Positions 54,864 through 64,000 of a DNA stretch of 64,000 bases are shown here, piece after piece. Every line of letters begins with the position of its first letter. Position 1 is the first letter of the stretch. The position numbers and the translations under genes were made by a program. The DNA is from a virus (lineage: Duplodnaviria > Heunggongvirae > Uroviricota > Caudoviricetes). The notes below the pieces were generated by a model. That model ran no database searches, was not told the origin of the DNA, and was given only the letters and a program-made list of their open reading frames with translations. The stretch lies in the IMG/VR virus record IMGVR_UViG_3300036453_000040, one strand, 5' to 3'.

Positions 54864-56543
54864 ATGACTCGCGGAACAACTAAGCTTACCGAAGAACAGC
54901 AGAAGTTTTATCGCACGCTCCTTATTCGTGCTACGTCTCCCGACCTTGGACAGCCCTACATTGCATATGCTCTGTTCGAGCTAATCCCTGTTTCAGCGCC
55001 TGGGCTTAAGACAATGGCAGTGGATAAGAACTGGCGCGTTTACATTGACTTCGAGTACATGAAAGAAAAGGGCGTTGAATACGCCGCTGGAGTCCTCAAC
55101 CACGAACCTTGGCACCTTCTGCGTGACCACATGCGTCGTTTTGACTCGCTTGATATTCTTGAGAACGGCAGACAGCATAACCATAAGGCATGGAACATTG
55201 CTGGCGACCTCACCATCAACGGTGACATTCCCAAGCTCGTTCCCGAAGATGGTTGCTTCCCTGAAAAGGGACCATTCGTTGATTACCGTCTGAATACTTC
55301 CGCTGAGGACTACTACTCTCAGCTTATGACGGATGAAAAATTCAATCCTCCTGCCTGCCCCGATTGTGGCAAGCCTGAAAATAAGGACAAAGACAAGTCT
55401 GACAAGGGCGAAAACAAGGACAAAGACAAGTCTGACAAGGGCGAAAAGTCTGACGAGTCGGGCGACGGCGAGAAGTCTGACAAGGGCGAAAAGTCTGACG
55501 AGTCGGGCGACGGCGAAAATGAGGGTGACGGCGACGGTGAGGGCGAAGGCTCTGGTGAGGGCGAAGGCTCTGGTGAGGGCGAAGGCTCTGGTGAGGGCGA
55601 AGGCTCTGGTGAGGGCGAAGGCTCTGGCTCTGGCAAGTGCAACACTTGTGGAGAAGAAAATGGTTCTGGTTCTGGTTCTGGTGAGGGTGAGGGCGAAGGC
55701 AGTGGCCTTGGTGGAGTTCCTCAGCCCATGTGCGGTAGTGGTGCTGGAAACAAGATAGGAGATTATGAGCTTAGCGAGGATGAAGCTAAGAGCGTAGATG
55801 CCGAGCGCGGGGACCAGATTCGTCAGGCTGTTGCAACGGACATGAAACAGTATGAAGCTTCTAACCCTGGCAAACTTCCTGGTGGCCTTAAAATTTGGGC
55901 TGATAACGAACTAAAGGCTGAACCTATTGACTGGCGACAGCTTCTTCGAGGACAGATCAAGAAAGCAATCTCCTCGTGGACTAAGGGCAAGATGGATTAC
56001 CGTCGCTCTAAGCCTAACCGTCGCCAGCCTAGCCGTGACTTCATCTTCCCTGCAATGCAGGCTCCTAAGCCGCGACTCGCAGTAGCGATTGACACGTCAG
56101 GTTCACATCTTCACAAGCTTCCCGTAGTAATTGACCAGATTGTCGAACTTACTAAGCAGGTCGGTGTTCGTGGCCGTGATCTACTTGCGTTCGGTGTTGA
56201 TGTTCAGATTACTGACGTGAAGCCCGTTAACGACCCTCGCAAGGTACTCGATGACATGGTAGGCGGTGGAGGTACTGATATGTGTGTTGGTATCGAGCAG
56301 CTTGCAGAACTTGGTCGCAAAAACAAGGCCGACATTGGTATCATGCTTACTGACCTCCAAACGGGTTGGCCTACAGAACGTCCTCAAGGTCCTATGCGTT
56401 ACATTGTCTGCGGCATCGTAGATTCTAGCCAAGAGTGGGAAATGCAATGGGTTGAAAAAGCACGCGAGGCAATCGGTGACTGGGCAGAAATTGTCGTTAT
56501 TGATGTGGACGCAGCTAACGTAGCCGCGAAAAAGCGCCGCTAG
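54864..56543 (+). CDS. Metallopeptidase-like N-domain (HEPWH) plus a VWA-like domain (DUF2201 type), with an acidic KD/GE-rich low-complexity insert
   Basis: HExxH-like [13 protein letters not shown]-like [10 protein letters not shown]. Transcribed divergently from the MoxR-containing operon. Confidence 0.65.
   Translation: MTRGTTKLTEEQQKFYRTLLIRATSPDLGQPYIAYALFELIPVSAPGLKTMAVDKNWRVYIDFEYMKEKGVEYAAGVLNHEPWHLLRDHMRRFDSLDILENGRQHNHKAWNIAGDLTINGDIPKLVPEDGCFPEKGPFVDYRLNTSAEDYYSQLMTDEKFNPPACPDCGKPENKDKDKSDKGENKDKDKSDKGEKSDESGDGEKSDKGEKSDESGDGENEGDGDGEGEGSGEGEGSGEGEGSGEGEGSGEGEGSGSGKCNTCGEENGSGSGSGEGEGEGSGLGGVPQPMCGSGAGNKIGDYELSEDEAKSVDAERGDQIRQAVATDMKQYEASNPGKLPGGLKIWADNELKAEPIDWRQLLRGQIKKAISSWTKGKMDYRRSKPNRRQPSRDFIFPAMQAPKPRLAVAIDTSGSHLHKLPVVIDQIVELTKQVGVRGRDLLAFGVDVQITDVKPVNDPRKVLDDMVGGGGTDMCVGIEQLAELGRKNKADIGIMLTDLQTGWPTERPQGPMRYIVCGIVDSSQEWEMQWVEKAREAIGDWAEIVVIDVDAANVAAKKRR
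55383..55700 (+). repeat. In-frame short tandem DNA repeats encoding an acidic low-complexity tract
   Basis: ggtgagggcgaaggctct x5 (55536-55625). A 33-nt unit x2 (55383-55448). Repeated gaaaagtctgacgagtcgggcgacggcga units. Confidence 0.7.
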
Positions 56544-56549
56544 CATTAA

Positions 56550-56601
56550 GTTTTAGAGAACAACTCCCTATCCTTCTCTATAGGGAGTTGTTCCCTAAAA
56601 C
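56550..56601 (+). terminator. Long hairpin (about 21-bp stem, one mismatch) downstream of the VWA gene
   Basis: gttttagagaacaactccctat / atagggagttgttccctaaaac. Confidence 0.35.
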
Positions 56602-56625
56602 TTAGCTCCCGTTGTATGATTTATA

Positions 56626-56670
56626 GAAACGCTCTTGTGAACAAATATTGCTTGTTCACAAGAGCGTTTC
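56626..56670. promoter_or_regulatory. Perfect 19-bp inverted repeat (gaaacgctcttgtgaacaa-N7-ttgttcacaagagcgtttc). Either a terminator or an operator
   Basis: Seen directly. Located between the VWA gene and the downstream membrane-protein gene. Confidence 0.35.
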
Positions 56671-56755
56671 TCGTGTCAACGATGATATATACAGTTTCTT
56701 AGAAAGAATATATTACTGAAAGTCGCTCATCTTTGTCATTTAAGCCGATAACTCC

Positions 56756-57454
56756 ATGAGAGCCTTATGGAGAGGGACACCAATGAATGAAGATATCGTT
56801 TTAGATATTACGACAGTTATAGAAAAGCAAAAAGAGTCAAAAGGAAAACGGTTCCGTCTTTCAGTTTTGGCTATTGGTGTACTCGTGCTAGCGGTACTCG
56901 TTATAGCAGCCCTTAATAACACCTATAACACAATTTTTCTTATAGCCATTGGTATTGTTACTGTTCTTGCGGCAATCACATATAGCTTGCCGTCCAGAGC
57001 AGAAAATAAATTTCTCACCCCGTACATTGCGGATATCACAAGCGAACTCAAAGCACGTGGTTACAAGTTCGCAGATTCAAAATCTAAAGCAAATTTCAGG
57101 CCATGGTTTTCTAGTCAGTCAGCGTTTCTTTACGGAGATGGACTAGTAATCAATAAAAGCATGGACAAAGGAGTTAAAATGCGTAAGATTAACTTTGAGC
57201 ATAAAACAGGAAAAGTAGGATTGTCAGTAGAACGAATAATGACAAAAAAGCAAATTCTTATTCGTGTTATTGGAATAAACAAGAAGCCACTCGCTCCCAT
57301 ACTTAACCCAAACGAGCCACTATTAAAAACGCTTCCACCCATTCAGTTTGTCTCTAAAGATGGCAAAAATGTAACGTTTGACGAACTACACAAAAAGCCC
57401 AAAATCGAAGCACAAGAAACGACAACTGAATGGGATAAAAACTCTTTAACCTAA
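56756..57454 (+). CDS. hypothetical membrane protein (two TM helices)
   Basis: 232-aa ORF with a hydrophobic N-half. A terminator follows. Confidence 0.5.
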   Translation: MRALWRGTPMNEDIVLDITTVIEKQKESKGKRFRLSVLAIGVLVLAVLVIAALNNTYNTIFLIAIGIVTVLAAITYSLPSRAENKFLTPYIADITSELKARGYKFADSKSKANFRPWFSSQSAFLYGDGLVINKSMDKGVKMRKINFEHKTGKVGLSVERIMTKKQILIRVIGINKKPLAPILNPNEPLLKTLPPIQFVSKDGKNVTFDELHKKPKIEAQETTTEWDKNSLT

Positions 57455-57475
57455 TTTTTGACCGTAATAGATAGC

Positions 57476-57535
57476 AAATACTAGCTCTCCTCGTAACCAA
57501 TACGTTATTGCGAGGAGAGCTAGTATTTTTATATT
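57476..57535 (+). terminator. Rho-independent terminator (18-bp stem plus T-run)
   Basis: aaatactagctctcctcg ... cgaggagagctagtattt ttatatt. Confidence 0.55.
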
Positions 57536-58101
57536 CTGGCACGCTATTTCAGTTTTCGTTGAAGCAAGAACATCGCCAAATTAACGTAGGTAAAGTGCAG
57601 AGATCACACAGGAGCAAAAGCGCTGAAGCCCCCTACAAGCCATTCTTTCTTTAACATGGAACTGTGCCTGCTCAAGTATAAAAAAGCGCTCAGTAGCTCA
57701 CACAGGGCCTTTTTAAGTAACCTCAGGGGCTAACTTACGAGTGGTTGCTAGATTCGCAGAAGTATGCGCTTTAAGTGAACGTCCAAGCGTACTCATCTCA
57801 GAGCTACTAATGCTTGTAGCATTAAGATGAGGAAATATAACCAAGTTTTTAAAATACCAGAGGTACAGCGAAGATACATGCTAAAATTGTTATACAACCA
57901 ATTAGTATCGCGAAAGGATACATAATTCCTATTATAGACAGCTCCGTAAACACCTCTTATAATCGTGAAAGCGATTACGAAATGATTGACTTAGGAGAAG
58001 GCATATCAGTTGATCCCAGAAATGGCCGTATAGGTTTCCGCGCTTAAATTTAAACCTTTGATTTTGAATTTAAGCGTAAAGAATGTGATAGACTTACGAC
58101 C

Positions 58102-58806
58102 ATGCTAGAAAAATATAAAAACATTCAACTTCCTGCTTTTGTTTCGTTCCCAGAAGCACCAACCGTTTACTTCATTAAAGATAACGGTACAAACTTTTAT
58201 GTTGAAGGAATTCCATCACAAGAGTTCAACCTAGTGTCAGAAGTTGAAGAATATATTCTTAAAACATTGGAAGGCGAAGTTTCGTTCAACTCTGCCGAAT
58301 TAAGCAGGGGAGAACCTCAGATCTCAGGAGATCAAGCTGTTGAGGGTTTCATTTTTGAGAAAGCTACCAACCGCATGATAGTTTCTTATACATCTCAAGA
58401 TACTATCAATAGCCTAAAAGCTGATTATTACGATTTTCTGGAACTTGATAGGGAATATAGCGAAAACCCTGAAGATTGGGCTATTGCTTACAACTGGGTA
58501 GCTAGCCATCCTGCGTTTTATCATCGCAATAGTTCCAATGCAACCTTTTGGGATTTTTGTAACGGATGGGATTCTAAGTGGGAGGCTGTTTATAAATTGG
58601 AAGAAGGTGGAAATTTAATTCTCATTGAGCATGGACCTTTTATAGGTACAGACCGAGTTCAAAGCACGCATGATCCTCGCCTTGACTCATCAGGCGAGAA
58701 TTTCGAAGAAGCTTATATTAAATTTGCTAAACTCGTGAGCAAACACTATGATATTCTCGGAGAAGATCGTAAACTTGCAAAAGAAGACGCTCCAGAGTTA
58801 TTCTAA
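58102..58806 (+). CDS. hypothetical acidic protein immediately upstream of the second ADP-ribosyltransferase
   Basis: 234-aa ORF. Confidence 0.5.
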   Translation: MLEKYKNIQLPAFVSFPEAPTVYFIKDNGTNFYVEGIPSQEFNLVSEVEEYILKTLEGEVSFNSAELSRGEPQISGDQAVEGFIFEKATNRMIVSYTSQDTINSLKADYYDFLELDREYSENPEDWAIAYNWVASHPAFYHRNSSNATFWDFCNGWDSKWEAVYKLEEGGNLILIEHGPFIGTDRVQSTHDPRLDSSGENFEEAYIKFAKLVSKHYDILGEDRKLAKEDAPELF

Positions 58807-58869
58807 ACCGTTTCAACTAAGTGATGGTTTGTAACCCGTTACCCTTTGATCGGTTAGTTATAAACGGAT

Positions 58870-59655
58870 ATGACTACTACCTTCCCCCCACATGCAGATG
58901 GTTCACGATGCTGGACTCATGATTGTTCTTTAAGGCATGGTTCTAACCTGCAAACTGCAATCAAAAATAACGATTCTAGCGGATACCTAAAAGCACGAGA
59001 AGCAGCAGATCAGAAAGCTAAAACTTCTTCCGCTCAAACTGTTACATATCCCATGCTTGAATACGGTAGCACCAACTATAAGCTTTTCATGGAAAAATCC
59101 GAAGAACTTATGTACCAGTTAGACGGTAAAGAATCAAAAGCCGTCATGGAATACACGGGTTGGTCCTACCAGCAATATTACGAATACCTTGAAGATTCCA
59201 ACAATCAGAACATGACTGATGAGCTTAAACAATCTCTTAGTGAAGGTACTGGGCATCTTGATTCTGTCATCAAAAAAGCAGGCAAGTTAGATAAACATGT
59301 AACTGCATTCAGAGGCGAAAAAGTACCTCAAGGTACTAGTATTGAATCTCACCTTGCTGCGAAATTTCCTGTAGGTCAAGATGTTAACGTAAAACGCTAC
59401 ATGTCTACAAGTATGGACTCAAAAGTTGCATCAGATATCCTTGGCGACAGTGACACCTCCTCCTCTTACGTTCTTGCAATCAAAACTAAAGAAGGAGCCA
59501 TGCTGGGAGAATACCTAAGTGAGCAAGGCCTACGGGAAAAAGAAATACTACTTCCTCGTGACCGCACCTACCGTGTCGAGTCTATTACTTCTGCCGTCAT
59601 CTCATGGGGTGTATCTAAAAAACGCCACACGGTAGTAAACCTCACTCTATTATAG
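58870..59655 (+). CDS. C3-like (R-S-E class) mono-ADP-ribosyltransferase domain protein. Paralog of 36514..37317
   Basis: AFRGE provides the Arg. YMSTSM is the STS motif. EKEILLPRD is the ExE motif followed by LLPR. Confidence 0.6.
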   Translation: MTTTFPPHADGSRCWTHDCSLRHGSNLQTAIKNNDSSGYLKAREAADQKAKTSSAQTVTYPMLEYGSTNYKLFMEKSEELMYQLDGKESKAVMEYTGWSYQQYYEYLEDSNNQNMTDELKQSLSEGTGHLDSVIKKAGKLDKHVTAFRGEKVPQGTSIESHLAAKFPVGQDVNVKRYMSTSMDSKVASDILGDSDTSSSYVLAIKTKEGAMLGEYLSEQGLREKEILLPRDRTYRVESITSAVISWGVSKKRHTVVNLTLL

Positions 59656-59718
59656 CTTTAAACTAATAGGAATGGCCACGCTAATTTAGCGTGGCCATTC
59701 CTATTATATGACTACCTA

Positions 59719-60549
59719 TTAAAGAAAGGGAGCCATGAGATCCTGAAAAAAATCTGATAAGCCGAACGATGCAAAACTCACGATACCAACCATCACAACA
59801 AAGACCGTGGCAAGTATGGCGTTTACAGAATCATCTAAGAACTCCGAGACTTTTCCTAATTTCTTTGTTACGATTTCTACAGGTGTGGGAACCCAAGGAG
59901 CTTCACCGTTTGCTGTTTCTACTGCAATAGGCGGAAACTTAGCGAGGAGCGGCTGACTACTGATAGCCGCGCTTACATCTTCAAACGAGAGTCGGTTTCT
60001 ACTTTGAATTACAGAATGATACAAACACGAGGGAGTCATGTCATCAGTGTATGAAAACGACGGGGGTTTTAGGAAAAGCACCGCCTGTGACGTGCAAACT
60101 GGAGAACCGCATTTATCTACCACGATTTTTGTTACCCTCTGATGCGCGTAGCGAAAACCCTTCTTATGTTGCATAAATTTTCCCGAAATTGCAACTTCAA
60201 GTAGTACCGAACCTTTCGACTCCTGTGGATGTTCTTCAGCGGCAGCACGCGAAGGGTAAGCATAAAAACCACAGGTACAATGAGCGCCTACAAGCTTGTG
60301 GTGTTTCTTGAACGTTTTTACAAAAAAACCATTCTGCTGAGCAGGAGACCAACTATCTAAATCTGCGATTGTGTAACAGATTGCTTCGCTGTTGAGACCT
60401 GACTGAATACCAACAGCAAGTGCTTTAACTTGGATATAACCATTTGGGGTACGAGTCAGATAATTACGTTTCCACCCAAGGATAGCTTTAGACTCTTCCT
60501 TTGTGTTCGTGGTACGCGTAACGTGTCCTATGAATTGGTTCCAGAGCAT
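59719..60549 (-). CDS. hypothetical protein (Cys/His-containing, C-terminal TM helix)
   Basis: Start set at MLWNQ, which is preceded by AAGGGAA. The longer track ORF begins 16 codons upstream. Confidence 0.45.
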   Translation of the reverse strand: MLWNQFIGHVTRTTNTKEESKAILGWKRNYLTRTPNGYIQVKALAVGIQSGLNSEAICYTIADLDSWSPAQQNGFFVKTFKKHHKLVGAHCTCGFYAYPSRAAAEEHPQESKGSVLLEVAISGKFMQHKKGFRYAHQRVTKIVVDKCGSPVCTSQAVLFLKPPSFSYTDDMTPSCLYHSVIQSRNRLSFEDVSAAISSQPLLAKFPPIAVETANGEAPWVPTPVEIVTKKLGKVSEFLDDSVNAILATVFVVMVGIVSFASFGLSDFFQDLMAPFL

Positions 60550-60910
60550 ACGTTCCCTTACTTGTAATATGTATACTCGTATCCTACCATAATACAAGAC
60601 CTTGTGTCAAGATAAGTTCAAGTTAAAAAGTAATGGCAGCGGCCTTCATAATTTAGGTTTATGAAGGCCGCTGCCATTACTCTAAAGTTAGTTTTAAGAC
60701 CAGTCAGAATCATCCACCCATGATTTTACAGGAACGTTTTCTTCTTCTTTTGTCTTCATTTTGCTATCAGTCATTGTACTTTTTCTCTTAAGGGACATTA
60801 TTATAACTATCAACTAGTTGCTTAAAAACAAGATAAGTGATAAGGTAAGAACATAAGGATTTTAATATTCATTACCCTTACCTAAAACAGCAAAAATAGA
60901 GGACAATTCA

Positions 60911-61636
60911 ATGGGAAGTCGCATTCATAAAATCATGGGCTACGGGCTTGATGACTTAGAAACCGCAAAAAGAGGAAAAATCATTGACCCTAGAATTAAC
61001 ACCACATCAATTCTTCTAGATGAGGACGCTTTCGATAAAAAATACAATACGGTTAGGGAAGCCTTAGAAGACTATAAAGAATTCCTTAAGAATAACAAGG
61101 AGAGAAACGGTCTGGATTCTTCTCGCGAAGTTGATAAGTTTGAAGATTCTAACTTTTTTAACATGGTAACTCATGTGTCAGAAGGGGGTCTTAAAAGCGT
61201 ATTATGCATTACGCCTCTTAGCTCCCTAAGCACATACGGTTGGCGTAGAGTTGATGACTCTATGGACTATGCTGAGGCCAGTCTACTTAGAAATCCGCTT
61301 AAGCCTACCGTGAAAACTTTTACAAGCGGGTTCTATCCCTTTAACGCCAGTTATAGCGACAAACGCACAGGAGCATCCTTAGAATCATATACTGCAATTT
61401 CTTTAATTCGAGCAGCCAACCGTATTAAGAGCGCAAGGAAAGAGGAAGATCGTGATCCATATATGTTTGACTATTTTGCAAAAGAGCTAGGCTTTGCTTC
61501 ATCTAAAGAAGCGACTGACTTTATGGTCCCACGCCCACCAGCAGATATCATATCTTTAGCAACATGGGGAGAACTTTTCACTGCGCCACTCCATGCGTTC
61601 GACCTTAAGCCTATGATTTACACTTACTGGAGCTAG
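60911..61636 (+). CDS. hypothetical protein
   Basis: 241-aa ORF. Confidence 0.5.
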   Translation: MGSRIHKIMGYGLDDLETAKRGKIIDPRINTTSILLDEDAFDKKYNTVREALEDYKEFLKNNKERNGLDSSREVDKFEDSNFFNMVTHVSEGGLKSVLCITPLSSLSTYGWRRVDDSMDYAEASLLRNPLKPTVKTFTSGFYPFNASYSDKRTGASLESYTAISLIRAANRIKSARKEEDRDPYMFDYFAKELGFASSKEATDFMVPRPPADIISLATWGELFTAPLHAFDLKPMIYTYWS

Positions 61637-61662
61637 TAGCACCCAGATATAGAACGGAACCT

Positions 61663-61890
61663 ATGAACCACGTACCATCAGAAAGAGTTTACAAAGCGTT
61701 CGTTGCAGCGAAAAAACGCGCACCACGAGACGATGAAGGTCGGATCAATATTCGGGAAGTAAAGCTTGAAATTGCAGAGAAGTTTAATATCTCTTTACAG
61801 GAGTTAAGCATAACTATTGAACTCGAAAGAGGACAAGCGATCACTAGAAATGAAGACCGTAAAACTAAGGCTAAAAAACTCAAAAAATAG
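61663..61890 (+). CDS. hypothetical small basic protein
   Basis: 75-aa ORF with a K-rich C-terminus. Confidence 0.35.
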   Translation: MNHVPSERVYKAFVAAKKRAPRDDEGRINIREVKLEIAEKFNISLQELSITIELERGQAITRNEDRKTKAKKLKK

Positions 61891-61930
61891 AGAAGGTCAC
61901 AACATATAATATGTTGTGACCTTCTCTATT

Positions 61931-62470
61931 TTAATCCCACCATCCTTTGTGAAAATGAGTGCGAGTGTAAAGATCGGTTTCTTCGAAGTTTTCATCTTCG
62001 TCCATCCCTGCGTTCCAGTAATTTACGAGTTTCGTTAGAGCGATTCCCTCGTTGGAGCGAGCGCTACTGTGGAAATCTTTTTTCTCGTGTCTGCGAGGAC
62101 GATTGTGATAGTCCCATCTTAGGCTGTAGGAGCAAGGTGTGAGCCTCCAGTACTTCATCTCGGTGTGACTGTGGTTATCGTCTTCATCAATGGTGCAATG
62201 GTCTGCAATTGTACCCATAAGGTAGGTTTCGCGCACCGCATATCGCGAGAGGCGATGCTCTTCGTAGTACTCAAGTGCACGAGTGTTTTCGTTGATTCTC
62301 CAACCTCCGTATAAAACTGTTGCGAAAATGATCTCACCGTTTTCATCGGTTTTACGTCTTGTGCTGTAGATCTCTTTTCCTAGGGAGAGATGATTGTGGG
62401 TTTCGTAGCGCTCTTCGCGAGGGTCCCTAGCGCGTACACGATAGGGACGGTCCTTGTAAGTGCGGGACAT
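61931..62470 (-). CDS. hypothetical protein
   Basis: 179-aa ORF, His/Arg-rich. Confidence 0.45.
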   Translation of the reverse strand: MSRTYKDRPYRVRARDPREERYETHNHLSLGKEIYSTRRKTDENGEIIFATVLYGGWRINENTRALEYYEEHRLSRYAVRETYLMGTIADHCTIDEDDNHSHTEMKYWRLTPCSYSLRWDYHNRPRRHEKKDFHSSARSNEGIALTKLVNYWNAGMDEDENFEETDLYTRTHFHKGWWD

Positions 62471-62863
62471 GTTTTTACTCGATTCTGAAATTACTCATTT
62501 GCTAACGTTGTGTTAGCAGGCGGTAATTTACTTACGTTTCCGTAATAAACATTATGAACCTTTCTTAATCTATAGTATATGCAGAGTTTTTAACTGCATA
62601 TACTATATTAGCATGGAACAAATAAAAATGCCAGTTAAAACAACCTTAACTGGCAAAACTCATATGATTCGAGCGCTTTCACATGATATGGTATATGTCA
62701 CATACCTAACCTATACCATGATTTCCTAAGGAATACAAAAGCTTCGAAAACCAATAAGGCCATAAAGTGAAGTTCAGATGAATCTCACTTTATGGCCTCC
62801 ACTTAGCGGAACGCCGCAGATTAATTAAACGCTTAGAGCTTAAGTCATGGGGTTGAGCGGACA

Positions 62864-63016
62864 TTAGAACTCCCAGTTATGCTTTGCGTAGCGCTTAATA
62901 TGATCTTCTTCAAAAAAGTCATTTGGCATAGTGTACGGTTTTGTATCTACATCGAGATACTCAGGGGTTTTTTCTTCTAGAACGTCCGCTTCAGGTGTTG
63001 CAGTTTGTATTTCCAT
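62864..63016 (-). CDS. Possible 50-aa acidic small protein
   Basis: MEIQTATPEADVLEEK... preceded by a strong Shine-Dalgarno AAGGAGG with 6-nt spacing. Not in the ORF track. Confidence 0.3.
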   Translation of the reverse strand: MEIQTATPEADVLEEKTPEYLDVDTKPYTMPNDFFEEDHIKRYAKHNWEF

Positions 63017-63123
63017 GGTGCTACCTCCTTATTGTAATATGTTTTCCCTATGGAGAACAGTTGATGCAATAATTATAAGGTATAACTGTAATTTAGCTAA
63101 GAAATGATGAATTTATTTCATTT

Positions 63124-63645
63124 TTAGTCAATTGGCGTTCCATCTGCACTAAAACGCTTGCCATTATTATCCAGATGCAGGATCTTGTTAAGCTGGAAAT
63201 CGGTTATGATAGTACTGTCTACGATCCCATTTCGCGAGAGAAGAATATCCTCCCATGTTACGCGGTCAGTAATGAAAGCTGCAACAGTAGGAAAGTCGAA
63301 CTCTGCTGGAACATGAAGAATTGAACCCATAATTTGCCTTGCCACAACTAGATCGTCATGAATAACAAGGATCAAAGCTTTAGATGAACCTTCGAAATCT
63401 TCCGCCATTGACGGGAATAACTTATGAGCTAGATCATGAAACATTTCTACGTGTTCCTCATTGAACTCTTTATGATCTAAGAAAAAGTTAAAGCTCTGGA
63501 TTGCTGTACTATTTTCTAAATTCTCGTCAGTGAATAAGCACATTGCTATCCTGTGCTGGTATTGCCCGTCAAGGCTTATTTCTACGTTTTTAATCCAGCC
63601 ATTAGGGTCTGGAACTAGTAACAAATCATCATTTATATTAACCAC
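63124..63645 (-). CDS. hypothetical protein
   Basis: 173-aa ORF. Confidence 0.45.
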   Translation of the reverse strand: MVNINDDLLLVPDPNGWIKNVEISLDGQYQHRIAMCLFTDENLENSTAIQSFNFFLDHKEFNEEHVEMFHDLAHKLFPSMAEDFEGSSKALILVIHDDLVVARQIMGSILHVPAEFDFPTVAAFITDRVTWEDILLSRNGIVDSTIITDFQLNKILHLDNNGKRFSADGTPID

Positions 63646-64000
63646 GTTGTAATCCTAACACGTTACAAATATTTCCCCCATTATGGGACACAAAATGGGG
63701 GAAATAACTTGCTAGAAAGTACCCAGTTCAAAAAGCTTATGCATGCGTTTGCAATGAAAAAGAAAATATGATATTGAGGTCATGCTCTCATCCTTAAGAA
63801 GCGAAAGCATGTTCTTCTGCGTAAGCGTCTAGCTTAGCGTAGGTAAACTCCAACGAAAAGAGCTACCCCGTTTACAGAAGTAGGCCTGTCATCCTTCGAT
63901 GTAAGCATATCATCGCCTGTAGAACCATCAGCTAGTGCTTCCCAAAACCAGTTAGTTTTAATCGTGGCTTTAGCAAGGTCAAGACTTTCAATAAACTGAA

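Noticed and set aside
55383-55700. Possible CRISPR array, suggested by the regular short direct repeats
   Set aside because: The repeats are contiguous with no spacers, in frame within a CDS, and encode a low-complexity acidic tract. This is not a CRISPR array.
56626-56670. CRP/FNR binding site, suggested by the TGTGA...TCACA cores
   Set aside because: The core spacing is 14 nt rather than 6 nt. It is kept only as a generic palindrome.
1-64000. Interpretation of the whole window as a prophage or jumbo-phage segment, since it carries nrd genes, an RNA ligase, a methyltransferase, ARTs, a nucleotidase and many hypothetical proteins
   Set aside because: There is no capsid, portal, terminase, tail, integrase or recombinase gene. 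Cellular genes (radA, lysS, flotillin/NfeD, LemA, a sortase-anchored adhesin, lipoproteins) are interspersed. A chromosomal accessory-rich region fits better.
1-64000. tRNA, rRNA or tmRNA genes
   Set aside because: Scanning ORF-free stretches by eye found no T-loop or cloverleaf-like GTTCGAATC/GTTCAAATC motifs and no rRNA-like segments. A tRNAscan run would be needed to be certain.

Overview
This 64-kb window is densely coded, mostly on the minus strand, and lacks rRNA, tRNA, CRISPR arrays and recognisable transposase or integrase genes. Several features point to a monoderm, Actinobacteria-like bacterium, although the taxon cannot be fixed from sequence alone. There is an nrdH-nrdI-nrdE operon with no adjacent nrdF. 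The giant surface protein carries an LAxTG-type sorting signal. Lipoproteins have LSGC lipoboxes. Many genes are preceded by extended -10 elements (TGnTATAAT) placed so close to the ATG that transcripts are probably leaderless. Recognisable housekeeping genes are nrdHIE, radA, lysS, a class-II CCA/poly(A) nucleotidyltransferase, a flotillin/NfeD pair and LemA. Around them lies a large accessory load. The first accessory item is an 11-member tandem array of diverged paralogs at 6.2-16.0 kb. These have helical-repeat N-termini and an invariant C-terminal tail, and each member has its own promoter-like element. The second is a pair of C3-like R-S-E ADP-ribosyltransferase paralogs. The window also holds an ADP-ribosylglycohydrolase, a Nudix hydrolase and a 5'(3')-deoxyribonucleotidase. 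The third is an RNA-ligase, Nudix, HAD and deaminase neighbourhood around lysS. The fourth is a cluster of an Hsp90-like GHKL ATPase, two paralogous lipoproteins, a MoxR AAA+ ATPase and two paralogous proteins, read divergently from a metallopeptidase-VWA protein that carries an acidic tandem repeat. The fifth is an orphan beta-class DNA methyltransferase next to a PD-(D/E)xK protein. Smaller oddities are a stand-alone prepilin-peptidase N-domain, a 50-aa secreted peptide gene and several perfect palindromes. All functional calls rest on motif recognition by eye. No database search was run.
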